The position numbers were made by a program, and so were the translations under genes. Positions 1 through 9,278 of a stretch of DNA of 32,000 nucleotides are shown one piece after another (the first letter of the stretch is position 1; every line of letters starts with the position of its first letter). A model generated the notes under the pieces. It saw only the letters and a program-made list of their open reading frames with translations, did no database searches and was not told the DNA's origin. Origin of the DNA: Aquifex aeolicus VF5 (GTDB taxonomy: Bacteria; Aquificota; Aquificia; Aquificales; Aquificaceae); contig NC_000918.1 of NCBI RefSeq assembly GCF_000008625.1, forward strand, positions 1,470,001 through 1,502,000, given 5' to 3'.

Positions 1-1
1 C

Positions 2-1126
2 GAGAGGGAATTTCTCTACAGGGCCATAGAAACAGCCATCAAGCACGGGGCAACCGTTATAAATATCCCAGACACAGTGGGATACGCCATACCCGAGGAG
101 TTCGGTCAATTAATAGAGGACATAATGAACAACGTCCCGAATATAGATAAGGTTATTCTGAGCGTTCACTGTCACGACGACCTCGGACTTGCCACTGCAA
201 ACTCCCTGACCGCGGTAAAACACGGGGCCAGACAGGTTGAATGTACCATAAATGGGATAGGGGAAAGAGCTGGAAACGCAGCTCTTGAAGAGGTGGTAAT
301 GGCACTAAAAGTGAGAAAGGACTTTTTCGGAGACCTTTACACCGATGTGAATACGAAAGAGATTTACAAAACTTCCAGACTGCTTTGTAGGATTACAGGA
401 AACTTCGTTCAGCCTAACAAGGCAATCGTCGGGGATAACGCCTTTGCCCACGAGAGCGGAATACACCAGCACGGAGTACTCAGCCACAGAATGACCTACG
501 AGATAATGAACCCCGAAGACGTTGGATTCCCCATGAGCAGAATAGTTCTCGGAAAGCACAGCGGAAGACACGCCCTGAAGAGAAGACTTGAAGAACTCGG
601 CTTTAAGTTCACCAAAGAAGAACTCGACAGGATATTCGAAAAGTTCAAGGAGCTTGCCGACAGAAAGAAGGAAGTTTACGACGAAGACCTCGAAGCACTA
701 ATATACCAGGAGTTCATGAAGATAGAGGACCACGAACCCGTAAAGGTTCTCCACTTTCAAGTTCAAAGCGGTGATAACATGATACCGACAGCAACGGTAA
801 AGCTCGAGTTTAAAGGAGAAGAGAGGGAAGCGAGTTCCACAGGAAACGGACCCGTTGACGCGACCATTAAAGCAATTCAGAAAGCCCTCGGCATAGAACC
901 TAAACTCCTGGACTACTCAATTAAAGCCCTCACTCCCAACACGGACGCTCAGGCAGAGGCAAGGGTAGTCTTGGAGCTTGACGGGGTGAAAGCCTCCGGA
1001 AGGGGTGTGGATACAGACATAATAAAGGCGAGTGTTAAGGCGTTTACCGACGCCCTGAATAGGGCTATAGTCAGGAAAGAGTACATAATCCAGAGACAGG
1101 AAATCAGAGAAGAAGGTACCGTTTGA
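2..1126 (+). CDS. leuA: 2-isopropylmalate synthase, 5' truncated by window start
   Basis: Frame is open from base 2 ([30 protein letters not shown]-like text reads [29 protein letters not shown]); motifs [43 protein letters not shown] and the C-terminal LeuA regulatory domain. Confidence 0.96.
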   Translation, partial: EREFLYRAIETAIKHGATVINIPDTVGYAIPEEFGQLIEDIMNNVPNIDKVILSVHCHDDLGLATANSLTAVKHGARQVECTINGIGERAGNAALEEVVMALKVRKDFFGDLYTDVNTKEIYKTSRLLCRITGNFVQPNKAIVGDNAFAHESGIHQHGVLSHRMTYEIMNPEDVGFPMSRIVLGKHSGRHALKRRLEELGFKFTKEELDRIFEKFKELADRKKEVYDEDLEALIYQEFMKIEDHEPVKVLHFQVQSGDNMIPTATVKLEFKGEEREASSTGNGPVDATIKAIQKALGIEPKLLDYSIKALTPNTDAQAEARVVLELDGVKASGRGVDTDIIKASVKAFTDALNRAIVRKEYIIQRQEIREEGTV

Positions 1127-1395
1127 TGTGGAGAATTTTCTTCACAAGGTTCTTCGTAAGGTTTATCCTTTTCCCCCTCCTTGCTGTAATTATGGGAGTT
1201 CTTGTTCTGGGAACGATATTCTTCATAACATACACGTGGCTCATTTGGCAAACGATAAAGATAATGGACGAACACCCTTTACTCGGGTTTTTCTTCGTAA
1301 TCCTTGAGATACTCCTTCTGTCTTTAATAGCTCTTGCAGGTTTATACTTATTCGATAAGGTAAGGGAATTTTTTAAAGAAAGGAGGTTAATATGA
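1126..1395 (+). CDS. Small hypothetical membrane protein with two hydrophobic segments
   Basis: ATG at 1126 overlaps the leuA TGA (TGATG); hydrophobic stretches FILFPLLAVIMGVLVLGTIFFI and LGFFFVILEILLLSLIALAGLYLF. Confidence 0.7.
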   Translation: MWRIFFTRFFVRFILFPLLAVIMGVLVLGTIFFITYTWLIWQTIKIMDEHPLLGFFFVILEILLLSLIALAGLYLFDKVREFFKERRLI

Positions 1396-2108
1396 AAAAG
1401 TTGTCTTTTATTTTACTCTCCGCAGCATTTGTTTACGCTTCATGCCCTGAACCCTCCAAATTTGAAGAGAAATTAAAAGAAATAACCCAAAGGGAGTGGA
1501 AAGTTCAGGCAGTATCTGAGGTAAAAGACCTGGGATTGTGTCAGGTGGTAGTAAAGAGAGGACTTGAACCCTTAGTTATTTACATGGACAAGGATATGAA
1601 CTACTTGATTACTGGAAACGTTATTGACCTCAAGAACGGCAAAAATCTAACTGCAGAAACCGTAAGGAAGTACGCAAAAGTATCCCCCGAAGTTTTGAAA
1701 GAGCTTGAAAAGATGACAGACCTCAAATTCGGAAAAGGAGACAAGTACGTTTACTTTATATCAGACCCCCACTGCCCTTACTGTAACAGACTTGCACCAA
1801 TACTGAAAAACTGGGCTGATAAAAATGACGTACAGATAAGGGTAATCTTCTACCCGCTTCCCTTCCACAAAGGAGCGGATGAAAAGGCTGCAAGCCTTAT
1901 ATGTAAAAAGGATGTAAAGTACGAGGAGCTTCACACAAAAGACAAGCCCGAAAAGGTTTGTGAGGAAGGAATGGAAAAGGTAAAGAAAAACGTAGAGTAC
2001 CTCTCAAAGCTCGGTGTCACCGGAACACCTACACTCATCGGTATGAACGGTAAAGTTTTGGTTGGTCTTCCGAGAAGTGAAAAACAGCTTGATGAACTCG
2101 TTAAATAA
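1392..2108 (+). CDS. DsbC/DsbG-like thiol:disulfide interchange protein, periplasmic
   Basis: N-terminal signal-like sequence; thioredoxin-fold motif SDPHCPYCNRLAP and cis-Pro GVTGTPTL; AGGAGG upstream of the ATG. Confidence 0.88.
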   Translation: MKKLSFILLSAAFVYASCPEPSKFEEKLKEITQREWKVQAVSEVKDLGLCQVVVKRGLEPLVIYMDKDMNYLITGNVIDLKNGKNLTAETVRKYAKVSPEVLKELEKMTDLKFGKGDKYVYFISDPHCPYCNRLAPILKNWADKNDVQIRVIFYPLPFHKGADEKAASLICKKDVKYEELHTKDKPEKVCEEGMEKVKKNVEYLSKLGVTGTPTLIGMNGKVLVGLPRSEKQLDELVK

Positions 2109-2351
2109 TCAGCAGCACTTTATCCAGTCGAGGGGCGAGTTTACAAGCCCCAGTTTTTTATGCCACTTGTGAAACTCCTCCACGAGTTCCGGGTACAACT
2201 CTATTAAGTAGAACTTTAGCGGTGTGGATAGTCCGAAGTAATCCGCAAAGAGAAGAAAAATGAAGACCTCTTCGAGTTTCTGAGCTTCCCTTCCGAATTC
2301 CTGTCCGAATTTGAGTCTGTAAAACTCCTTAAGCACTTCTCTCAGGTTCAA
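2109..2351 (-). CDS. Small conserved-looking protein of about 80 aa ending in Cys-Cys-stop
   Basis: [23 protein letters not shown]...SPLDWIKCC*; compact overlaps with its neighbours. Confidence 0.65.
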   Translation of the reverse strand: MNLREVLKEFYRLKFGQEFGREAQKLEEVFIFLLFADYFGLSTPLKFYLIELYPELVEEFHKWHKKLGLVNSPLDWIKCC

Positions 2352-3573
2352 GTTTCCTCTCCTTCTGGAGTTTTCTGAAGGCTTTCCTTATTCCCCTTAT
2401 AGCCTGTCTGATCCTGTGTTCATTTTCTACAAGTGCAAACCTTACGTACCCCTCTCCGTACTGACCAAAGCCCACACCCGGGGATACCGCAACCTTCGCC
2501 TCTTTTAGGAGGAACAAGGAAAAGTCCAGAGAGTTCATATTTATCCATTCGGGAATCTTTGCCCAGACGAACATGGTAGCCTTAGGTTTTTTTACTTTCC
2601 AGCCGAGCCTGTTTAACCCTTCCACCAGAACGTCTCTTCTTTTTTGGTAAACCTTTGCGGTTTTTTCCACGATTTCGTAGGGGCTCTCTAATGCGATAAT
2701 AGAGGCCACCTGTATGGGAGTAAATATACCGTAATCCAAGTAGCTTTTGAGGTGTGCAAGGTTTTTTATGAGTATTTCGTTTCCAACGACAAAGGCTACC
2801 CTCCAGCCCGCCATTGAAAAGCCCTTTGACATGGAGTAGAGCTCAACCGCAACGTCTTTAGCACCTTCTATTTCGAGTATTGAGGGGGGCTTGTAACCGT
2901 CAAAGGCTATATCCGCATACGCAAAATCGTGTATTATCCAGAGACCGTGTTCCTTTGCAAACTTAACTATTTCTTTAAAAAAGTCCTTTTCTACCGTTAT
3001 GGTCGTTGGATTGTGAGGAAAGCTTATGACGACAGCCTTGGGTTTTGGCATCGCGGTTTTTACTATCTCGTAAAGCCTCCTTAAAAACTCTTCCTGATGA
3101 TCTTGATCGTCCGAGAAGTTAAGGGGTATTGAGTGAACTTCCCCTCCTGCAATTATGGGAGCGTAATAGTGAATAGGATAGGTGGGATTAGGAACTATTA
3201 CCGTATCACCCGGAGATATCATCGCAAGCATCAAATGAGAATACCCTTCCTTTGCACCGATTGTTAGTATAGCCTCCCTCTCAGGGTCGAGTTTCACTCC
3301 GTACCTTTCTTCGTAGAAGTTACATATAGCCTTTCTCAGTCTTGGTATGCCCCTTGACGCAGAATATCCGTGAACGTTCGGCTTTTGAGCCACTTCGCAG
3401 AGTTTATCTATTATGTGCTTTGCTGGAGGCATGTTAGGATTGCCCATACCAAGATCCACTACATCTTCGCCTTCACGCCTTAGCTTGTACTTGAGTTCGT
3501 TAACGAGAGAGAAGACATACTGAGGCAGTCTCTTTATCCTCGGAAAAGCCCAGTCCATAGGGTCTTCAATCAT
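2329..3573 (-). CDS. PLP-dependent class I/II aminotransferase (AlaC/aspartate aminotransferase family)
   Basis: Motifs [54 protein letters not shown]. Confidence 0.9.
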   Translation of the reverse strand: MIEDPMDWAFPRIKRLPQYVFSLVNELKYKLRREGEDVVDLGMGNPNMPPAKHIIDKLCEVAQKPNVHGYSASRGIPRLRKAICNFYEERYGVKLDPEREAILTIGAKEGYSHLMLAMISPGDTVIVPNPTYPIHYYAPIIAGGEVHSIPLNFSDDQDHQEEFLRRLYEIVKTAMPKPKAVVISFPHNPTTITVEKDFFKEIVKFAKEHGLWIIHDFAYADIAFDGYKPPSILEIEGAKDVAVELYSMSKGFSMAGWRVAFVVGNEILIKNLAHLKSYLDYGIFTPIQVASIIALESPYEIVEKTAKVYQKRRDVLVEGLNRLGWKVKKPKATMFVWAKIPEWINMNSLDFSLFLLKEAKVAVSPGVGFGQYGEGYVRFALVENEHRIRQAIRGIRKAFRKLQKERKLEPERSA

Positions 3574-3928
3574 TCTCCATCTCCTCTTCCAGCTCTTTGC
3601 ACTCGATACACATAGTGGTTACAGGTCTGGCTTTCAACCGCTCAAAGGGAATCTGGGCACCGCAGTTCTCACATATACCGTAGGTACCCATCTCCATCTT
3701 CATAAGTGCGTAATCTATCTTGTGAAGTAATTTAGCCTCCCTGTCCTTTATCCTGAAAGTTATAAACCTTTCCGTTTCAAGATCCGCCCTGTCTATTTCG
3801 TCTCCTCCCTCAAATTTAACGTTTGATGGGTCCTTAAGTTGACTCTCCGCAGATTCCAGTATCTTTCTCCGCATTTCAAGAAGTATAGCTCTGAGTTCGT
3901 TTACCTGTTCCTGTGTAAGGTGTTTCAA
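3566..3928 (-). CDS. DksA/TraR-family zinc finger protein
   Basis: [66 protein letters not shown] with a C4 zinc finger (CENC...CIEC). Confidence 0.9.
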   Translation of the reverse strand: MKHLTQEQVNELRAILLEMRRKILESAESQLKDPSNVKFEGGDEIDRADLETERFITFRIKDREAKLLHKIDYALMKMEMGTYGICENCGAQIPFERLKARPVTTMCIECKELEEEMEND

Positions 3929-3946
3929 TATATTCCTCCTTAATTA

Positions 3947-4504
3947 TTAATCTACAAACCTTGCAGGGTCTTTTCTAATCTTTTCGAGGAGTTCTTTCCT
4001 CCCGTCTACGAAAATCGCAACCCACTCTGCGAGTCTCCTTCCCAGTCTCCTGCAGGCTTCCTTTTCTTCTTCACTCCTCGGCTCTCCTGCGACAACCGCG
4101 CCGTAATGGAGTGTAAACTTTTTTCCAACGTAGTCGGTAACCCCGAAAACTAAAAATCCGAAGTTCATGAGCATCGTAAGAATTGACATGCAGGCAACTT
4201 CGTTTCCTCCGCCCCAGCCCCCTGAAGAGGAAAAGGCACAGGCTATTTTTCCGTCTATTTCACCCCAAAGGTCTCCGAGAACGTCGTCGAAAAACCGCTT
4301 CATCTTCCACGAAACGAGACCCATGTTCGTGGGAGAACCCACGGCAAGACCATCCGCCCAGAGGACATCCTCCTTTGTAGCTTCGTCAACGTGTTTGAGT
4401 CTAACTTCTGTTCCCTCAAGGGAACGGGCACCTTCCGCTACGAGCTCAGCCATCTTTTTAGTATTACCCGTCCTCGTGTCGTATATAACGAGAACCTTTC
4501 CCAT
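3947..4504 (-). CDS. Flavodoxin-like / WrbA-type NAD(P)H-dependent oxidoreductase family protein
   Basis: VLVIYDTRTGNTKKMAELVAEGA (FMN phosphate loop), VGSPTNMG, SSSGGWGGGNE. Confidence 0.85.
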   Translation of the reverse strand: MGKVLVIYDTRTGNTKKMAELVAEGARSLEGTEVRLKHVDEATKEDVLWADGLAVGSPTNMGLVSWKMKRFFDDVLGDLWGEIDGKIACAFSSSGGWGGGNEVACMSILTMLMNFGFLVFGVTDYVGKKFTLHYGAVVAGEPRSEEEKEACRRLGRRLAEWVAIFVDGRKELLEKIRKDPARFVD

Positions 4505-4520
4505 AAATTAAAAGTTTAAC

Positions 4521-5360
4521 TTACCTCCCCCTCGCTTTAAGCCTCTGGAGTTCTCTCAAAAAGGTTTTCAGGGCCTTTTCTTCCTCTTCCTTGTAAAAGG
4601 CTTCCTTTTGAATTGCGTAATCCCAGTCAACCTTTGATGCATCAAACCAAGGTCCGTCTATGCAGGCGAGTTTCTCTTGACCTTCTACGAGAACCCTACA
4701 GGCGAGGCAAAGTCCGTTTGCGTCAAGTATGTGTGCATTTACCATGGCTATGTGGGGAATATTTCTTTCTTCGGCAAATCTGTTTATCATCTGAGAGTCT
4801 AAATTACTCCCCGCACTCACGATAAGATCAGGTTTTCCGAAGTTTTCAATAAAGTAACCGAGAGCCCACTCGCTGTTTCCCTCTTCCCCTAAAGAGCCGT
4901 CTTCGGTAAAGAGAAGAAACTCTTCCGAGATTTCAGAAGCTTCCTTTGTTAGAAAAACCCTTTCCTCGTCTTCCGCTACGTGGACAAAGTATATTTCGTT
5001 ACTCTCTTCCTTTAATGCCCTTCCAATGTTTATAAGAGGTGCTACTCCCCAGTTCTTGGAGATCAGGAGAACCTTTCCGTAATTTTTTACGGGAAAAGGA
5101 GAACCGCAGGGGGCTTCTATGAACTGTATTTTTTCCTCTACGAGCTCGGCGATTTCTAAGGTAGCCCTGCCGCCCACTTCCACCAGAAAGGTATAAGAGC
5201 TTTCCTTTACGTCTAGGAATGAGAGAGGGATTGGTTCCGACTCCTCGTTTGCCTGGACGAGTGCGTACTGACCCGGTTTTACGAGTTTTGCCCTCTCGTC
5301 CTGAACTTCCAAGAGAACCGCTTTAGGAGTGAGTCTTTCCTTTCTTAAAACCTTATACAT
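4521..5360 (-). CDS. FAD/NAD-binding 2Fe-2S flavoprotein of the NfnA/SudB (PyrK-like) family
   Basis: KPGQYALVQANEESEPIPLSF FAD-binding region and C-terminal cluster motif NGLCLACRVLVEGQEKLACIDGPWFDASKVDWD. Confidence 0.82.
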   Translation of the reverse strand: MYKVLRKERLTPKAVLLEVQDERAKLVKPGQYALVQANEESEPIPLSFLDVKESSYTFLVEVGGRATLEIAELVEEKIQFIEAPCGSPFPVKNYGKVLLISKNWGVAPLINIGRALKEESNEIYFVHVAEDEERVFLTKEASEISEEFLLFTEDGSLGEEGNSEWALGYFIENFGKPDLIVSAGSNLDSQMINRFAEERNIPHIAMVNAHILDANGLCLACRVLVEGQEKLACIDGPWFDASKVDWDYAIQKEAFYKEEEEKALKTFLRELQRLKARGR

Positions 5361-6825
5361 TTGAACTTACCTTCATTATGTATTCAAGGCACGTTCTCAC
5401 GCCGAAGCCCGTTCCGCCCTTCGTGTAGTAGCCGTATTCCTCCTTTGACCATGCGGGACCGGCTATATCAAGGTGGACCCACTTTATGCCTTCACCCACG
5501 AACTCTTCAAGGAACATAGCGGCTGTTATCGCTCCTCCGTACCTTCCGCCGGTGTTTAGGACATCCGCAACTGTGTTTTTAATCTTCTTCCTGAGTCTTT
5601 CGTCGTCCATGGGGAGTTCCCACACCCTTTCACCGGTTCTCTTTGCGGTTTTCTTTATCTCCTCCGCAAAGTCGGGAGCGTTCGTAAAGAGTCCCGCTGT
5701 ATACTCTCCTAGAGCTACCATACACGCTCCCGTCAAGGTAGCCATGTCTATTATCTTGTCTGGTTTGAGCTCGCTCGCGTAAGAGAGCACGTCCGCTAAG
5801 GTAACTCTTCCTTCCGCGTCCGTGTTATCAATTTCTATGTACTTTCCGTTTTTTGCCTTTATTACATCATCGGGTCTGTAAGCGTTCCCGTCTGGCATAT
5901 TTTCCGCGGCACCGATGAGTCCGTGAACTTCAACGTCTGGTTTTAATTGAGCTATAGCCCTCATTATCCCGAGGACAGCACACGCCCCGCTTTTGTCCAT
6001 CTTCATAGTCCTCATGTAATCCCCGGGTTTTATGTTCAGTCCTCCGCTGTCAAAGGTAAGCCCCTTTCCCACAAGTGCTATCTTTTCCTTCGGCTTTCCG
6101 GAGGGCTTGTATATAAGGTGTATGAACCTAGGTGGCGTTGCGGAGCCTTTACCCACGGAGTAGAGTGCCATCATACCCATTTCCTGAATTTGTTTTTCGT
6201 CGTATACCTTGCACTCAAGACCGAACTCTTCGGCGAGTTTTTTGGCTTCTTCCGCAAGCGTTATGGGATTTATTACGTTTCCGGGTTCGTTTACAAGGTT
6301 TCTCGCGTAATTTTGAGCTTCCGCGAATATCTTTCCGAGCCTTATACCTTCCTCATCTCCCCTGTTTATAAGAACTTCTTTAATCTCAAACTTCTCGTCT
6401 TCCTTTTTGGACTTGTATTTATCAAACCTGTAATTTCCGAGAATAGCACCCTCCGTTATAGCCTTCGTTATTTCCTTTGAGACATCTCCCCTTCTTGGGA
6501 TAACTACAACTGTGCTCTCCACTTTGTCCCTTCTCATTCTCTTTACGAGGTTTGCACTCGCCCTTCTGTAAGTGTCCTCGCCTACTTTTTCTTTCTTTCC
6601 AAGTCCTACTATGTAAACAAAGTCAACAGAAGTTCCGAGAGTGGGAACTTTCAGTATTTCCCCTTCCTTTCCTTTGAAGTTTTCAAGCTCTGCCACCCTT
6701 TTAGCTTTATTGGAAGTTCCCTTGGAGAGTCTGGCGAGTGGTTTCAGGTCACCCTCGTACACGAACACCGCAACGCTTTTCCCTTTGTACTTCTTTATGT
6801 CATCTTTGAAAGCCCTTACTTCCAT
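5353..6825 (-). CDS. pepA: Leucyl aminopeptidase (M17)
   Basis: Motifs VGKGLTFDSGG, NTDAEGRVTLADVLSYA, DKSGACAVLG. The ORF extends to a GTG at 6834, but ATG 6825 has a better-placed SD-like GAGGTG. Confidence 0.94.
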   Translation of the reverse strand: MEVRAFKDDIKKYKGKSVAVFVYEGDLKPLARLSKGTSNKAKRVAELENFKGKEGEILKVPTLGTSVDFVYIVGLGKKEKVGEDTYRRASANLVKRMRRDKVESTVVVIPRRGDVSKEITKAITEGAILGNYRFDKYKSKKEDEKFEIKEVLINRGDEEGIRLGKIFAEAQNYARNLVNEPGNVINPITLAEEAKKLAEEFGLECKVYDEKQIQEMGMMALYSVGKGSATPPRFIHLIYKPSGKPKEKIALVGKGLTFDSGGLNIKPGDYMRTMKMDKSGACAVLGIMRAIAQLKPDVEVHGLIGAAENMPDGNAYRPDDVIKAKNGKYIEIDNTDAEGRVTLADVLSYASELKPDKIIDMATLTGACMVALGEYTAGLFTNAPDFAEEIKKTAKRTGERVWELPMDDERLRKKIKNTVADVLNTGGRYGGAITAAMFLEEFVGEGIKWVHLDIAGPAWSKEEYGYYTKGGTGFGVRTCLEYIMKVSSNV

Positions 6826-6860
6826 TTCCTTCACCTCACTGTTTATACTATATACTTTAA
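6826..6860. promoter_or_regulatory. 35-bp divergent pepA/carB spacer with TATACTATATACT element
   Basis: tttatactatatactttaaATG immediately upstream of carB, with no SD-like sequence. Confidence 0.4.
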
Positions 6861-8534
6861 ATGCCTAAAAGGACGGACATCAAGAAGATATTAATAATAG
6901 GCTCTGGGCCTATCGTTATTGGACAGGCTGCAGAATTCGACTACTCGGGAACCCAAGCCTGCAAAGCCCTAAAGCAGGAAGGATACGAAGTCATTCTCGT
7001 GAACTCAAATCCCGCAACGATTATGACCGACCCAGAAATGGCCGACAAGACCTATATAGAACCCCTTACCGCTGACATACTTGAAGAGATTATAAAGAAA
7101 GAAAGGCCTGACGCCCTCCTTCCCACGCTCGGAGGTCAAACGGGCCTAAACTTGGCGGTGGAACTGTACGAGAACGGTGTTCTTGAACGCTACGGAGTTG
7201 AGCTAATAGGTGCGAACTACGAGGCCATAAAAAAGGGAGAAGACAGAGAACTCTTTAAAGAAACTATGGAAAGTATAGGGCTGAAGGTTCCGGAAAGTGC
7301 TGTCGTTCGCTCTGTAGAAGAAGGACTGAAGGCTGTAGAGAAGATAGGTTTTCCCGTGATACTGAGACCTGCTTTTACTCTGGGAGGGACCGGAAGCTCG
7401 GTTGCCTACAACGTTGAGGAGTTTAAAGAGAAGTTAAAGGTTGCCCTTGAGACTTCCCCCATTCACGAGGTTTTGCTGGACAAGTCCCTGATCGGCTGGA
7501 AGGAGATAGAGTTTGAAGTTGTAAGAGACAAGGCGGACAATGTCATTATCGTTTGTGCTATAGAGAACTTTGATCCCATGGGTGTTCACACGGGTGACTC
7601 CATAACCGTAGCCCCAACACAGACCTTGACGGACAAAGAGTACCAGATGCTCAGGGACGCGGCCATTGCGGTAATAAGGGCGATAGGTGTGGATACGGGA
7701 GGTTCTAACATACAGTTTGCCCTCTCACCCGAGAGCGGAGACTTTTACGTTATTGAGATGAACCCGAGAGTTTCACGCTCTTCAGCTCTAGCGTCAAAAG
7801 CAACGGGTTTCCCAATAGCAAAAGTCGCGGCAAAGCTTGCGGTGGGCTACACCTTGGACGAACTTAAAAACGACATTACGAAGTTCACCCCAGCCTCCTT
7901 TGAACCTTCTATAGACTACGTAGTTGTAAAGATTCCGAGGTTTGACTTTGCAAAGTTCCCCGAAGCGGACAGAACCCTCACCACTATGATGAAGTCCGTA
8001 GGGGAAGTAATGGCTATAGGAAGAACTTTCAAGGAAGCACTCCTAAAGGCTGTAAGGAGTTTAGAACTCGACAGGTACGGCCTAGCTTTCCCGAAACTCA
8101 CGAACGTTGATAAGGTAGAACTCGAAAGGAATTTAATTAACCCAAACGACCAGAGACTCTGGTACATAGCTGAAGCCTTCAGGAGAGGGTATTCCGTAGA
8201 CGAAGTTTACGAACTCACCAAGATAGACAGATGGTTCCTTTATAACATAGAAGAGATAGTAAAGTTTGAGGAAGTTCTCCGGAAGGAAGAACTTACCCCT
8301 GAAATCCTCAGACAAGCAAAGGAAATGGGCTACTCCGACTGGGAGATAGCAAAAATAAAGGGAATTACGGAAGAAGAAGTCAGGAAGCTCAGAAAGGAAG
8401 AGGGTATAGTCCCCACATTCAAGGGTGTTGACACCTGCGCGGGAGAATTCGTGGCGTATACACCCTACTACTATTCCTCCTATGAGAGACCTTACTACAC
8501 TGTAGACGGGCAGGAAATCCTTGATGAAGATTAA
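6861..8534 (+). CDS. carB: Carbamoyl-phosphate synthase large chain, N-terminal half only (split carB)
   Basis: [30 protein letters not shown] start; ATP-grasp [17 protein letters not shown]; the ORF ends shortly after [20 protein letters not shown], the junction between the two CarB halves. Confidence 0.95.
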   Translation: MPKRTDIKKILIIGSGPIVIGQAAEFDYSGTQACKALKQEGYEVILVNSNPATIMTDPEMADKTYIEPLTADILEEIIKKERPDALLPTLGGQTGLNLAVELYENGVLERYGVELIGANYEAIKKGEDRELFKETMESIGLKVPESAVVRSVEEGLKAVEKIGFPVILRPAFTLGGTGSSVAYNVEEFKEKLKVALETSPIHEVLLDKSLIGWKEIEFEVVRDKADNVIIVCAIENFDPMGVHTGDSITVAPTQTLTDKEYQMLRDAAIAVIRAIGVDTGGSNIQFALSPESGDFYVIEMNPRVSRSSALASKATGFPIAKVAAKLAVGYTLDELKNDITKFTPASFEPSIDYVVVKIPRFDFAKFPEADRTLTTMMKSVGEVMAIGRTFKEALLKAVRSLELDRYGLAFPKLTNVDKVELERNLINPNDQRLWYIAEAFRRGYSVDEVYELTKIDRWFLYNIEEIVKFEEVLRKEELTPEILRQAKEMGYSDWEIAKIKGITEEEVRKLRKEEGIVPTFKGVDTCAGEFVAYTPYYYSSYERPYYTVDGQEILDED

Positions 8535-9258
8535 AAGGTTTGTTTACTCACTGCCCGAGGAGGAGTTCTACGAACTCGTTTACTCCCAAAACCTTTCCGT
8601 TGAGGTCCTTGAAAGGAAAGAGATCGAAGTAATTTTCGCATCTTACAAAGAAATTGAGGGTTTAACTCCCGAGAAGGTAGAGGAAGTAAAGGAAGACTGG
8701 GAGAATTGGAAAGAGAAGTTTAAACCTATTGAAGTTGAGGACTTTGTAATAATCCCTTCTTGGAAAAAGCCCGTAATCGTAAAGCCTGGACTTGCCTTCG
8801 GGACGGGTCTTCACCCCACAACTCAACTCTGTATAAAAGCCTTAAAGAAGTACTTAAAAGAGGGCATGACTGTTCTGGACGTGGGAACTGGCTCCGGAAT
8901 TCTCGCAATAGTTTCGGCACTTCTGGGAGCTAAACGGGTAGTGGGCATAGATATAGACGAAAAAGCTGTAAATGAGTGCAGGGAAAACGCAGAGTTAAAT
9001 AAGGTAAAAGTTGAGTGTTTCAGGGCAGAGCCAAAAGACGTAAACGAGAGTTTTGACCTTGTAGTAGCCAATCTGGAAATTCACATCTTTGAAAGGGTTT
9101 TAAAAGACATTCTTCCGAAGTTTAAAAAAATTGGTATATTTTCGGGACTTTACAAGGAAAAGGATTTAAAGAGATTTGAAGAACTCCTCGGAGGTTTGAA
9201 AGTAAAGGAAGTGTTTGAAAAGGAAAACTGGTACGCGGTTGTTGTAGAAAAAGGATAA
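8521..9258 (+). CDS. prmA: Ribosomal protein L11 methyltransferase
   Basis: [24 protein letters not shown] and [29 protein letters not shown]. Confidence 0.94.
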   Translation: MMKIKRFVYSLPEEEFYELVYSQNLSVEVLERKEIEVIFASYKEIEGLTPEKVEEVKEDWENWKEKFKPIEVEDFVIIPSWKKPVIVKPGLAFGTGLHPTTQLCIKALKKYLKEGMTVLDVGTGSGILAIVSALLGAKRVVGIDIDEKAVNECRENAELNKVKVECFRAEPKDVNESFDLVVANLEIHIFERVLKDILPKFKKIGIFSGLYKEKDLKRFEELLGGLKVKEVFEKENWYAVVVEKG

Positions 9259-9278
9259 AAGAAAGGGAAAAAAGAGGT

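Noticed and set aside
305-571. Minus-strand 88-aa ORF within leuA
   Set aside because: Embedded in conserved leuA coding sequence, with no motif.
4167-4511. Plus-strand ORF opposite the flavodoxin-like gene
   Set aside because: Shadow ORF with no recognisable motif; the minus-strand gene has clear flavodoxin signatures.
5947-6480. 177-aa plus-strand ORF inside pepA
   Set aside because: Antisense to strongly conserved pepA sequence; composition follows the opposite strand and no recognisable domain is present.
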